Assembly (NCBI RefSeq): GCF_001194135.2
Contig: NC_068990.1
Span: 64,872,642 to 64,927,099 of the forward strand
Direction of reading: 5' to 3'
Source of the DNA: Octopus bimaculoides
Lineage: Eukaryota
DNA: 54,458 nt
The translations under genes were made by a program, and so were the position numbers. This document shows positions 12,080-24,928 of the stretch, piece by piece; position 1 is the stretch's first letter, and the number at the start of each line of letters is the position of its first letter. Under the pieces are notes generated by a model, which was given only the letters and a program-made list of their open reading frames with translations, did not search any database and had not been told where the DNA came from.

Positions 12080-12790
12080 TTAGTCACGACATTTGCTAGG
12101 TCTGAAATGGTTCGGAGCAGTAGTACTTGTTACGGTCTCGAGTTCTGGGTCAAAGAGAAGAAGAAAGTTCCCTGGATATGGCATATGAGACTCGTAGGAC
12201 GACTGATTCCAAGGTGTGTCACATATACCATTGGAGTGTGTACGTTCCCTGATATCAGGCGAATGAATCCACCTGCTTAAGAGTTCAACAGGCCCTAAAC
12301 CTTGACGGTATACCCAGGAAAGCAGAAGACTAACAAATAAAATTGAAAATAAACTGGCTGAAGGCAACTGGATATCCCAGATGTATCTTTCCAAGGAAAT
12401 TCATGACTTACAGATTTTGATATGAGGGTTCATAATCACCAACACTTGTATGCATGGCACATGAAAAGAGGGAGAGATTCTAGAAGTTTGCAGGTATTCA
12501 ATATCTTTTTACTTTTTTTGTGGTTCAGTCAGATGAGCTTGCGGGAGGAAGGATCTACGTCTGGTTGGTTGTCGCAGGAATAAGTGCATCAAAATAATGG
12601 GGTTTCTATCCTCAAACAGGATCGGAAGATCTTGTCTGAATGCTTGGAACAGGATGAACTACGCTTAAAGTACCCATGGTCTTCAAGTGTTAAACTGAGT
12701 GACGGATTGGATCCTACAACCCATGAATAGATATAGACCGTCGAATTCCTGAACAGTTTCTTCCTATCATATTTCAATTACGAAACTTTA
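12080..12790 (-). mobile_element. Probable CR1-like LINE 3' remnant
   Basis: Minus-strand peptide ILFEDRNPIILMHLF resembles the CR1 ORF2 C-terminal region; heavily decayed. Confidence 0.4.
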
Positions 12791-13104
12791 GACAACCAAA
12801 AGCTATGGTGGAATATCTTGCACTGAAGAATCGAACCCAAAACTATTAACTGCACCAAAGTGTGCCTGCGCCAAACTAGATTTTATGAGGTAATTCTTGA
12901 ATTATCAACTAATATTTATTCTAATTTTGTGTTATGCTACAATAGTATTTATCTATGTTTAACATAGACATATAAAAGAACCACACTTACTCATCGACTG
13001 ACCCAGAATGTGCCGCATATATTGCACAAGCCAAAAGAGCGCTAACATCATTAGTCACCACTTAGGATCTCTATGTGTGTCACTTCTACATTCTACTAAA
13101 TATA

Positions 13105-13320
13105 TTGGTTTCAAATTTTGGCACAAGGCCGGCAATTCTGGGGGAAGGAGTAAGTCGATTACATCGACCTCAGTGCTCAACTGGTACTTATGTTATCGAC
13201 CCCGAAAGGATGGAAGTCAAAGTCGATCTCGGTGGAATTTGAACTCAGAAAGTGAAGACGGACGAAATGCTGCTAAGCATTTTGCCCGGCCTGCTAACGA
13301 TTCAACCAGCTCATCGCGTT
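13105..13320 (-). mobile_element. SINE family 3 copy
   Basis: Reverse complement of gagctgg..aatcgttagca..ctgagttcaaattcc..gtcgactt; matches the copies at 31277 and 40538. Confidence 0.8.
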
Positions 13321-14188
13321 AATTATACTAAATATATTAACAGATTATGCTATTTAGCCCCGTTAGTCATCATCCAGCATATCTATGATCAAAACTGGGG
13401 TCATTCCGCCTCGCCCCGCCCCTCCATTTGTATCTAAGATTATACAACGAGTCTTTCTTTTTTAAGAGAGACGAGTGTTGCTTGAAAGATATTACACTAA
13501 CACGCTAAGCTACCAAGTACAAGTTCCTGGCCAGCTTAATATGCTAGCAGATATTTGTTGTGGGGGCTCTTAGCAATTTCTTAAGGTTTAGTAACAGTTC
13601 AAAATTGAAGCTTTCCCGCGTCAGAAGACGAGGCATAGTTGTTGACATGCACTTTTGACTAACGTTATATTTAGATGTGTTATCGCTTTGAGAGGCAATA
13701 CAGGGGTGGCTGGCTGGTTTAGAATTTGTAACGATTTAAAGTATTTTTTCAGTGTTATTTATTCCTCACAGCTTCTTTGATATAAATAGTTACAGTGTCT
13801 CCTTGTTTTTGTTGTTAAATGAGACTAGTTTATTATGCACCCAATTCAGGATGTTATTGAAGCCATTGTTTTGAGAAATGGTGTCTGTCTCGTGATGGGT
13901 GTCCGTGTTATATATGATACGACGTCTGTGTGCGAAAAGTTAAGGGTGAAGGGTGGTGTCATCCGCTTACTTGTATTGGTGTTTAGAATTAACACCAGGT
14001 CGTTGATCTACAGAATCACAAGATTCTCCAACGCTTATACATGTCGATGCATGCATACGAGTACGAAATACACTCACACACACACACACACTTATATACA
14101 CACACATGCACGCACGTACACTCACGCACATATATGTGTATGAGTGTGTACATATACATGTGAGTGTATGTGTGCGTGTGTGTGTATA

Positions 14189-14350
14189 GGCGCAAGTGTG
14201 GTTATGTGGTAAGAAGTTAGCTTCCCAGCCACATGATTCCGGTTTCAGTCCCACCACGTGGTACCTTCGGCAAGAGTCATCTATTATTGTCACGGACCGA
14301 CAAAGCCTTGTGAGTGGATTTGGGAGACGGAAACTGAAAGAAGTCCGATG
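14189..14350 (+). mobile_element. SINE family 1, 5' half
   Basis: Same head as the 10044 and 18063 copies. Confidence 0.8.
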
Positions 14351-15611
14351 TAAATGTGTGTGTGAGAGAGAGATAGAGAGAAAGACAGACAGACAGACAG
14401 ATTCTGACTGAGACAGAAGGGACAAAGTCGTCAAAATTCTCGATACGAGTTGGAAGTGCGTAGGGTCTTATATATGTTCTTATATAATACACACAAACAC
14501 ACACACACACACACTTTTTATATTTGATTATACATAATTTTAGTAATTATTTACGTGTGTGTGCATGTTTGTGCGCGCGCGCGTGTGTGTGTGTGCACGC
14601 GCGCATGTGCCACGCAATGGTACTAAACCCCAGACAATGTGGTTGGGAATCCTACTTAGATACTGCCATATTTGTGCTAAAATAAGTGTTCAGCAGTGAC
14701 GAGAGAAGTGCTAGATCACGGGATTTCTGCGTATTTACGTGTCATTAGCAGCAAGCATTCGCTATCTCCACATGCTAGTTAAACTTTGCCTCTCCTGTTA
14801 TATGAAAAAAGCAGTGACTAATGAGTAAATCAAGCGCCGATAGTTTCGTCTAAGTGTATGTGTGCCTGTGTGTGTGGTGGTGTGGGGGGTGGGGGTGATA
14901 CAAGTACTCGAAGTTAATTATCACTTGCGCTTCAAGTTTTTATGGTGTTAAAAGGCCTATTTTTGAATTTGCAGACAGAGCAATCCGAATATATTCCTAT
15001 TAGATGGAATATATTTCGCAGCCATCATGTTTAGTATGAAAATATTTAATCCGATAATTTGTTAATTACAACATTATTTGTAAAGATACTCGTTTCATGA
15101 GTTTCCTATGACCTTCGTATCATTAATCTGTAATTTCAGAGCATGATGTCTGTCGGTTAAGTTAGCTGAAGTCTTCAAAACACCTAATGACTTTTATATC
15201 CGGTTGGTTGTTTTGAAATGCAATTTCTTGTTGATTGTCACTATGTCTGTTTCTTTTTCGTTTATTAGTCTGCCGATGCGACCATTGTAGCACTTCTTAG
15301 TTTACCTCCCATTCTTAACTACACTCTCTCCCGCTCCCCATCTCTCTCTCTCTCCATCTATCTATCTATCTAACTATCTATCTATCTGTCTGTCTCTCCT
15401 TATGTCTCACTTTTCCCCTGTGCATTGTGTAAGTGTGGCTTGCTACTCCGGCCATTGTAGTAAACACTTTATCCTTCATTCCATTAACATTTTATTTCTT
15501 CTATCACTCACTCACTTTCTGCCGTGTAATAGCCTCTCAAACAATAAAAAGTGACCCGTAACTTGACGTGTTATAACACACACACACACACACACTAACA
15601 CACACACAAAC

Positions 15612-16138
15612 AAGAACGCACACGCATACAAACGCACTGACCAAATACCATACAAAGAACAGTCTGAGGTTTCCTAATTTTATTAGCCTAATGCCCTCAC
15701 CTTACTGAAAAGCTAGAGAGCTAAGCTAAAAGTATAACATCTCTGATAGCAATTATAACTTCTTTGGAGCATTTCACTCCTAAATCAACATGGCCGTCAT
15801 AGTCACCGACAGCAACAAATGCCTTGAATCGTGTTCTTTGACCAGACCGAGTTTGTTTCTGTATAGGCATAGTCATCAAGATTTTATCTTTGAGGGTTGA
15901 GCCCAAGATATAAATCAATGATTTCTTCCTCCTTGATCGGATGCGAGAAAAAGTAGATCTCTTCAAGAGCTTTGATTTTTGCCAAACGACCTAATTTAAT
16001 AACGTGACTCTATTTTTTGCCAACATCTTCACTTTTTGCAGCACAACCTCTTCCGCGTCCACAGTCATGTCTGCGACCACGCTCTCTACCTCCGAAACCG
16101 CCCCTGAAACTTCTTGTATCACCGGCTGAAGCTGTTTA
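15612..16138 (-). pseudogene. RPS2: Processed pseudogene of 40S ribosomal protein S2 (uS5), 3'-truncated
   Basis: Intronless [77 protein letters not shown], with stops and a frameshift. Confidence 0.93.
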
Positions 16139-16144
16139 TAGACA

Positions 16145-16553
16145 GACTTTGTTCAGTAATAACAGGACCAATCGTAACAAGTTGGAAAGATCCAACCGTG
16201 GCATGTATTTAAATCTGTCAGAAGGAGCGGAGATTCATTTTCAACAAAAGGATCTTGTTTAAATCCTATAGATTAGAAAAGCCTAATCTACACAATTACA
16301 TGCTCAGGGTGTGGAAAGAACTACATAGGACAAACCAGGATGTTCTTAAAATAACAGATAACACTGCATAGATCACAAGTTAAAATACCAGAATACAGAC
16401 AAATAGTTCCAAATCAACATATAGATGTATGTGCCAGTAAGAAACAACTTAATTGTACGATCTTCCTTTTATCACAGCTTGCCGATTACACATTGCAGCA
16501 ACAACGGATCAACAAAGAAACAATTTTCATAATCAAATATCGACCACTTCTAA
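16145..16553 (+). mobile_element. Penelope-like element, GIY-YIG remnant
   Basis: Translation SLIYTITCSGCGKNYIGQT..L...ITLHRSQ..IPEYR...HIDVC....KETIFIIKYRPLL. Confidence 0.85.
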
Positions 16554-16618
16554 CGCACTGTGGGAATAGAATGCCAGTGTAATTGTAATTACATAGCTTC
16601 ATGTAGGTAGTGGGAGAA

Positions 16619-16676
<58 letters not shown>

Positions 16677-18062
16677 NNNNNNNNNNNNNNNNNNNNNNNN
16701 NNNNNNNNNNNNNNNNNNNNNNNNNNNNNNNNNNNNNNNNNNNNNNNNNNNNNNNNNNNNNNNNNNNNNNNNNNNNNNNNNNNNNNNNNNNNNNNNNNNN
16801 NNNNNNNNNNNNNNNNNNNNNNNNNNNNNNNNNNNNNNNNNNNNNNNNNNNNNNNNNNNNNNNNNNGTAAATCTAATTTAAAGTTTGTTTTGAGTGGAAC
16901 AGCAAGTTTCATAAAATAGCAGTTTCAACGTGGTTGAATAAGCCGCTAGGCAAAATTTTCAATTTCTGTCAACACCGAAAAATTAAAATAAGCGCATGCT
17001 CATTTGCACGCGCGAGTGTTTGTGTGTGTGTGTGTGTGTTCGTGTATGTGTGTGTGTGCGTGCGTGTATGTGCGCGTGTGTGTATGTGTGTGTGTGTCTG
17101 TGCGTGTGTGCGTGTGTGTGTACGCGCGCGTACTCCACGCAAAAACACGCGTAAACAAATTCACACAACACAATCACGAACGCACACTCATGCAAAACTC
17201 GAAAACAACTGGAAGTTAGTAAGAAAATGCCACGGCAATTAACAATAGCTTGACCTTTTTTACGTGAGACACGACATCCATCACCGTCGTTGTCAACAAG
17301 TGGCATATATTACGAAATCTACAGCATTAGCAACAATAACAATAATATCAACATCATCTGATGGCGGTCATAATAACAGTCTGGTAATATTACAAACACT
17401 AATCTTAGCGTGTCTGTCTGATTGCCACACACGTTTTAAAAGGATGTTAGAAACCATAAGAATTTTCGGACTATTACAAGCGAGAGCCATTCGGATTTGG
17501 AAGAAAGACGCCAAATCATACATCAAAACACACACACACATAAACACACGCACACACGCACACACACACACACACATACATACACGCACACTTACACGTA
17601 TCTATTATGTGTTTATGTTTGTATTATGTATACATATATAAGCAGTAAAACTACATAATTGAGTCAAGGACTGAGAATATCGTAACAAAGCTCTCAGCAA
17701 TCCATATAAATAGCGTTTAAAACTCATTGAGGTACAGATGGATAGATAATATCTATATATTCATATATATANNNNNNNNNNNNNNNNNNNNNNNNNNNNN
17801 NNNNNNNNNNNNNNNNNNNNNNNNNNNNNNNNNNNNNNNNNNNNNNNNNNNNNNNNNNNNNNNNNNNNNNNNNNNNNNNNNNNNNNNNNNNNNNNNNNNN
17901 NNNNNNNNNNNNNNNNNNNNNNNNNNNNNNNNNNNNNNNNNNNNNNNNNNNNNNNNNNNNNNNNNNNNNTTTAAACTATGTTAAACCATTTTGAATGTCC
18001 TTACTTTTGAAGTTCATGAATTCATCTGACGAAAACGGTTTCTTTTATAATGATGTAATATA

Positions 18063-18224
18063 GGCGCAGGAGTGGCTGTGTGGTAAGTAGCTTGCTTAAC
18101 AACCACATACTTCCGAGTTCAGTCCCACTGTGTGGCACCTTCGGCAAGTGTCTTCTACTATAGCCTCGGGCCGACCAAAGTCTTGTGAGTGGATTTGGTA
18201 GACGGAAGCTGAAAGAATCCCGTC

Positions 18225-18261
<37 letters not shown>

Positions 18262-18582
18262 TGTATATGTATATGTATATATGTGTGTGTGTGTGTGTGT
18301 GTGTATGTGTGTGTGTATGTGTGTGTGTATATGTGTGTGTGTATATGTGTGTGTGTATATGTGTGTGTATGTGTGTGTGTGTGTGTGTGTTTGTCCCCAA
18401 CATCGCTTGACAACCGATGGTAGCGTGATTACGTCCCCGTAACTTAGCGGTTCGGCAAAAGGGACCGATAGAATAAGTACAAGGCTAACAAAGAATAAGT
18501 CCTGGGGTCGATTTGTTCGACTAAAGGCGTTGCTCCAACATGGCCGCAGTCAAATGACTGAAACAAGTAAAAGAATAAAAGA
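18063..18582 (+). mobile_element. SINE family 1, full length with expanded central microsatellite
   Basis: Both halves match the copy at 10044. Confidence 0.9.
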
Positions 18583-18904
18583 AAGTTTTCATTAATCAAT
18601 TAAAGGAGTCGTTAGAAACGGTCGTAATCGATTGACATCTGTTTCTCTACTGTTACTCAATTTTTATATTTTATTCACATGTCTCGGAATCTGCCCTTCG
18701 TAAATATTACGGACCGTATATTTGATATAATATACATGTCTGAATAGTTCAAGAGCTATTTCTTTACTCAGCTGGGTACCAAGTTTGATATTTGCATAAC
18801 ATTGTTGTGTATGTAAATTATTCCGACCTCACGAGGTACCTCAATTTAAGTACCTAATTCAACTGATTCTTACTGATTCTATGTGTGTGTGTGAGTGTGT
18901 GAGT

Positions 18905-18938
<34 letters not shown>

Positions 18939-19364
18939 GTGTGTGAGTGTGTGTGTGTGTCTGTGTCTGTGTGTCTGTGTGTCTGTGAGTATGCATGTAT
19001 GTATGTATGTATGTATCTATGTATGTATGCATATGCATACATACATATNNNNNNNNNNNNNNNNNNNNNNNNNNNNNNNNNNNNNNNNNNNNNNNNNNNN
19101 NNNNNNNNNNNNNNNNNNNNNNNNNNNNNNNNNNNNNNNNNNNNNNNNNNNNNNNNNNNNNNNNNNNNNNNNNNNNNNNNNNNNNNNNNNNNNNNNNNNN
19201 NNNNNNNNNNNNNNNNNNNNNNNNNNNNNNNNNNNNNNNNNNNNNNNNNNNNNNNNNNNNNNNNNNNNNNNNNNNNNNNNNNNNNNNNNNNNNNNNNNNN
19301 NNNNTATGCATGTATGTATGTATGTATGTATCTATGTATGTATGCATATGCATACATACATATA

Positions 19365-19720
19365 CGAGGTGCATTTCAGAAGGTTTCAGACTCTTTAGAA
19401 ATGGCAGGTATAACTGTTCTGGATTAGTGTTATTTAGTATAACATTATTATACATCAAATAAACTGATCTGCCAAGTTTTGTTATTTCAGATTGAAGGAG
19501 GTGGTTGTAACAGCACTTTGAACACCCTACTAAACATTGCTTGTCACAGCTGACTAGTTAGCTTGAGCTCTGACGGGAAGACCATTTAGAAGGTAGCAGT
19601 GCAATAAAGTTGTGTGTTAAACTGGGCAACAGAACTACAGAACCTTACAAAATGCTCCAGAGTGTGCCTATGGATTAACTTGTATGAGATCCAAGAACAA
19701 ATCTGGTTACTCCTCCCAAA
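19365..19720 (+). mobile_element. Mariner 5' fragment
   Basis: TA|cgaggtgcatttcagaagg terminus; peptide AIKLCVKLGNRTTEPYKMLQ (mariner HTH). Confidence 0.75.
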
Positions 19721-20652
19721 ATGCCGTTGCCAATGCGTGGTAATAAATACAACACGCCAGCATATCAACGCGCACGCGCATGCACACACGAATCAGATAG
19801 GCGCGCACGCACATGCGCATACAACAGAGATATATACACATTTACACAAGATGCGTACACACATTCACTTCCAATCAATAATATCTTTCAACAGAAAAAT
19901 TAACGCATACATACCAAATGCACACACATCAGGCACACATGCACTCACACACACACACACACACACACATACATACACAGACAAACACACTCACACACAC
20001 ACATAGCTTATACAAATGCACACGTAAACGCACACCTACACACACTTCCATCACATACACATCAACTCGTACCAGGAATGTGCAAATATCAGATGCCCGG
20101 GTACACACACTAGACACACATACACACACAGTAGATACAAATGCACACATACACATCAGATACACAACCAATCGTACTAGATATATACATTCACACATCG
20201 ATTATCCACGCGCATACATACATACATACATACATCAACGAATTGATGTCACCAACAAACTCATATACACACACAGAGAAGATACATACACACACGTACC
20301 ATACACACTCTCTCTCTCNNNNNNNNNNNNNNNNNNNNNNNNNNNNNNNNNNNNNNNNNNNNNNNNNNNNNNNNNNNNNNNNNNNNNNNNNNNNNNNNNN
20401 NNNNNNNNNNNNNNNNNNNNNNNNNNNNNNNNNNNNNNNNNNNNNNNNNNNNNNNNNNNNNNNNNNNNNNNNNNNNNNNNNNNNNNNNNNNNNNNNNNNN
20501 NNNNNNNNNNNNNNNNNNNNNNNNNNNNNNNNATATATATACATACATATATTTATTTATTTATTTATACATAATTAAGGATAAAACCATTTTAATGATT
20601 TTATCAAGTGGACAGCGTGTAATAAAACCATATAGGAAACAATTTATACTAC

Positions 20653-20698
<46 letters not shown>

Positions 20699-20700
20699 TA

Positions 20701-21585
20701 CGAGGGGATACCCAAAAGAAACCGGAATTTTGCAATGTTATTTTATTCACTTAGTTTTATATGTTTATACTTTTATCGTCTTCAAAGTATCCCCCTTTTA
20801 AAACAACGCATCAGTCTAGACGCGTTTTCCGCTGTTCGAAGCAATCCTGGAATTCTTGTGAAGCGATGCCTTTTAACGCCTACGTCGTTTTTTTCTTCAC
20901 TTTTTCCACATCTGCAAGATCCGCAACACCAGCTTTCATCACTTGTGATGAATTTTGAATTGAAGTCCGGTTCAACTTCCGACTGTTCTTTCAGTTCATG
21001 ACACGCATTCAGTAATAACTGCTTTTGATCTTCCATGAGCAAGCGAGGCACAAATTTTGCTGCAACTCTTTTCGTTCGCAATTCTTCGCTCAAAATTTGT
21101 TGGCAGGAGCTCCAGTTATACACCAATGTTGTCAACAAATTTGTCTATTGTTCAGTTACGTTCTTCTAAGATCAGATAAAGAAATTTCATTATGTTTTCA
21201 TTCGTTCAGTAGATTAATGGTCATCCTGAACGACAAATGACCATTCCTAAAGCGTGAAAACCACTCGTAAACGTGTCTTTTGCTCACGGCAACGTCCTTG
21301 TAAGCTGCTTGAAGCATGACAACTGTTTCGGCGGCCGTTTTCCCCAGCAGAAAACAGAATTTCACGGAAGCACGCTCTTCCTTCGTTTCAGCCATCACAA
21401 ATATCGAGGAACAAGAGAGAAGCACTTCAAAACAAAGATGCACCACATGGCAGAACGACCACACTAGACGCCACACTAGACTGATGCCTGAGGGTTGCAT
21501 CAAGTAGCATCTAGCAGTGCAAGCCCGAACTACAGCGGGCTTGCCCAACAGAGAACGTTTCCAGTTACTTTTGGGTATCTCATCG
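20701..21585 (-). mobile_element. Mariner, internally deleted, both TIRs present
   Basis: 27-bp TIRs (23/27 identical). Peptides MAETKEERASVKFCFLLGKTAAET..VYEWFSRF and RVAAKFVPRLL...ITSDESWC, then a jump to C-terminal sequence. Confidence 0.9.
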
Positions 21586-21587
21586 TG

Positions 21588-21630
<43 letters not shown>

Positions 21631-21631
<1 letters not shown>

Positions 21632-21863
21632 ATTAAAATAAGCAACAAGATATCAAGAAGTACGACCGTTTCAAGCAGCTTGATTTAATTGAACAATGCA
21701 ATCATTACATCAATTTAAGCTCAGTGCTATCATCAGCTGCACAAATAAAAAGAATTTTAACCAGTTGGACACATTAATATAATTTTTCTCAAATACTTTA
21801 AATAGAGCCGCTTGAAACAGTCGTACTGCATCACTTCTTGATATCCTGTTGCTTATTTTAATT
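21631..21863. repeat. Fold-back element with 46/54-bp inverted arms, probably a Penelope pLTR remnant
   Basis: 21631-21676 is the reverse complement of 21810-21863 apart from 2 mismatches and an 8-nt indel. Confidence 0.8.
21659..21742 (-). ncRNA. Degenerate type I hammerhead motif with long stem II
   Basis: Minus strand gtgcag-CTGATGA-...-GAAAC-ggtc-GTA. The matching stem I' (ctgcat) survives in the other arm after GAAAC-agtc-GTA. Confidence 0.5.
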
Positions 21864-22336
21864 TTATTCACCTTCGAGCTGTACGGATAATACCGGACTG
21901 ACTTGGTGCTTCAACTTAAGTACCTAATTCAACTGAATCTCAGTTATTTCTTTTATATATATATATATATGGTGTGTTTGTGTGTGTGTGTGTGTTTGTG
22001 TGTGTGTATGTGTGTATTTGTGTGTGTGTGCATTTGTGTGTGTGTGTGTGTGTGTNNNNNNNNNNNNNNNNNNNNNNNNNNNNNNNNNNNNNNNNNNNNN
22101 NNNNNNNNNNNNNNNNNNNNNNNNNNNNNNNNNNNNNNNNNNNNNNNNNNNNNNNNNNNNNNNNNNNNNNNNNNNNNNNNNNNNNNNNNNNNNNNNNNNN
22201 NNNNNNNNNNNNNNNNNNNNNNNNNNNNNNNNNNNNNNNNNNNNNNNNNNNNNNNNNNNNNNNNNNNNNNNNNNNNNNNNNNNNNNNNNNNNNNNNNNNN
22301 NNNNNNNNNNNNNNNNNNNNNNNNNNNNNNNNNNNN

Positions 22337-22398
<62 letters not shown>

Positions 22399-23049
22399 AC
22401 AAGTGCGCGCATGCTTTACTAAGTACAAACTGTAGACAGAGATTTCAATGTATGCAGTAGACTGTATTTGTGTAGATACAGTCTAATGTATATATTTGTA
22501 CTGAAGTTAATATAAATACATTTGTGATTGAAGGTTTAAGTTTTCATCTAAATGAAGTATAAAACTGCAAAACAACCGTCTACAATAGTCTCTAACTTAG
22601 AGGCTGATGTTTGTATAAATTTTTTTTTAATTGAGTTTCAATCTGGTGTATTGTACAGCATAACGATCATGTTAGTGATGGCTGTTATACTTGTTACTAT
22701 TTCGATAGCCGTCGCTTTGTTGACAGCAAAAATGAAAAAATTGTATTCAAATTGATTGTTCATTTAAAATGTTAACTTTAATATAAAATATATTCTGTTT
22801 TGTCTTCGATAGAATTAGAGAATTATTAACTTTCATTTTCAAAGAAATAATCGCTATGTTATGCGATTTTCAATTATTGAAATTTAGGTTGCTTTTCTCA
22901 GCGAAAGCTAAATAAATGATGTTTTTAAATATTGTTTAACTCAAAACATTTATTTCCAAAATATTTTACTATCTGATAACTTGGTATACACATTCTATAA
23001 CATTTACTTTTACTCAACTGTCTTCTCCAGAAACAACGCTCCTTATCAA

Positions 23050-23460
23050 TATTCTAGATTCACCATTATGATGCCTCTTTCTGGATGTGCAATTGAATTC
23101 TCTGATCAACAAATGTTCTCAGAGGTTTGTTGGAGGCTTATTTTGCTGATAACATCATATACTTATGTATGAACACTGGAGCCGGAAGATACACTTGACT
23201 CTTATTTATTCACACGAGAAAAGCAGGCCTTAAAGGAAATTGTGATCTTTTCAGAATGGATGGTCAATCGACATCAGATGGTTGAACAGAAATCCGGGGA
23301 ATTTGTTAGTACTTTCATCATCAACGCCACTGCATTTTCTGACGGTTTAGTAAATTCTCAGCAGTGTTGAAGGCCGTGTATCGAGTGTAATTGCTGTGGC
23401 CATTTCTGTGGTCTAAGTTTCAGAGAAGCAACACAGGACTCCTGTTTCGACTTTGCTGTT
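23050..23460 (+). mobile_element. Possible Ty3/Gypsy gag remnant
   Basis: Frame-hopping peptides AIEFSD, LLEAYFADNI and EQKSGEFVSTFI resemble gag N-termini; very decayed. Confidence 0.3.
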
Positions 23461-23699
23461 GTGAAGAGGTAGGCCACATGTATTTAGTGAATTCAAAAGT
23501 AATGTGGAATAAAGAAAAACTTCATTTTATTCTTCTACTGAATCTACGTTTCTTAGTATAATTTCATTTCTAGGAAGCTTAATTAAATTTCATCATTTAG
23601 TAAGTCAAACTCGACTTTTTTGTGCTAGAATTGTTCTTGAAGACATCTATTGTTCATTTTCGTAGTGTGTTGTTCGGTCTACGAGTACAAATTGAACCG

Positions 23700-24146
23700 A
23701 GTCTACTTTGTAGTTCACAGTTAGGAAAGGCAAAATCACAAGCAAGATGGGGCTCTTTGTCACACGGCCAAAAAGATCCAAGACTGATTGGAAGAGAATG
23801 GTATTAAAATTCTTCTGTGGCCAAGCCTGTCACCAGATAAGAACTCTATTGAACACATCTGAGGCATAATGGACAGGATACTTTGTAAAAAGAACAAGAA
23901 ATCATCCACAAAGCCAGATCTTTGAGATTACTGCATGAAACTTGGTAAGAAATTCCTCAAGAAAATATTCGTCATTTGATCAGTAACATACCTAATAGGG
24001 TCCTTGCATTGAAAAATGCAAAGGGCATGTCTACTAAACATTAGATATTCACATTATTATAATTAATGAATTATTTGAATGTATGATTTCAGATTTAAAT
24101 AAATTTTAACGATTATAAGGGTGTCTATTTGCTTGTCATGTTTGTG
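23700..24146 (+). mobile_element. Tc1-like 3' fragment (D34E)
   Basis: Peptide DGALCHTAK...WPSLSPDKNSIEH; same family as the 30075-30598 fragment. Confidence 0.85.
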
Positions 24147-24722
24147 TATGTATGTATGTATGTATGTATGTATGCACACAAGCCCGCATGCCTACATGCA
24201 CACATGAATGCCTGCACACGCATGCATGCACACGCATGCATGCACACATGCACGTATGCACGCATGTATGTATTCCTTGATGGCTACTTATTGTATTGCA
24301 GATGGATGGATGGATGGATGGATGGATGGATGGATGGATGGATGGATGGATAACTTCACAGATGCTGCATATTTTTTTTTTATCCTTAAATGATACTTAA
24401 TAGCTGTACTATCAATTAATGCCAATCACCATTTCTGAATTCCACATTAGAATGTATTTAGGAGTGTAAAACTTCTCTTACTGATAGTTTTGATCCAAAA
24501 TGTGTTCTCGCTGCTCGTGAGACAGTCTTCTTGCGCTTGTCGTCATTGAGCTGTATTGGCTTGTCACTGATTTTCTTTTTCTGTTCCGTTCAGTCTCTGT
24601 CTCCTTTGCTTGCAATCATATTTCTGTTCCTTCTCTGGCAAATTCTGTGTTGCCCATTCAAATTTGGCCATTCGTTCAATAAAATATGCTCAAACTAACT
24701 GCATATGCAATATGCGGAATAA

Positions 24723-24928
24723 AATAATAATCCTTTCTACTATAGGCACCAGGCCTGAAATTTAGTGAGATGAAATCAACCCCAGTGTTCAACTGGTACT
24801 TATTTTATCGAACCCAAAAGGATGAAAGGCAAAGTCGATCTCGGTGGAATTTGAACTCATAACATAAAGACGGACGAAATGCAACTATTTTGTCCGGCAT
24901 GCTAACGATTCTGCCTACACGCCGCTTT
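24723..24928 (-). mobile_element. SINE family 3 copy
   Basis: Matches the 13105 and 31277 copies; (TTA)-like tail. Confidence 0.8.

Noticed and set aside
15721-15966. Functional RPS2 gene
   Set aside because: It has in-frame stops, a frameshift, no introns and is missing the C-terminal third.
22552-22755. ORF with a transmembrane-like segment (ITIMLVMAVILVTISIAVALL)
   Set aside because: No convincing splice or start context; another frame is equally open; no recognisable family.
23031-23124. Possible exon resembling an apextrin (ApeC) start (FTIMMPLSGC)
   Set aside because: The similarity is very short, and overlapping frames continue as gag-like peptides, so a decayed LTR element is the simpler explanation.
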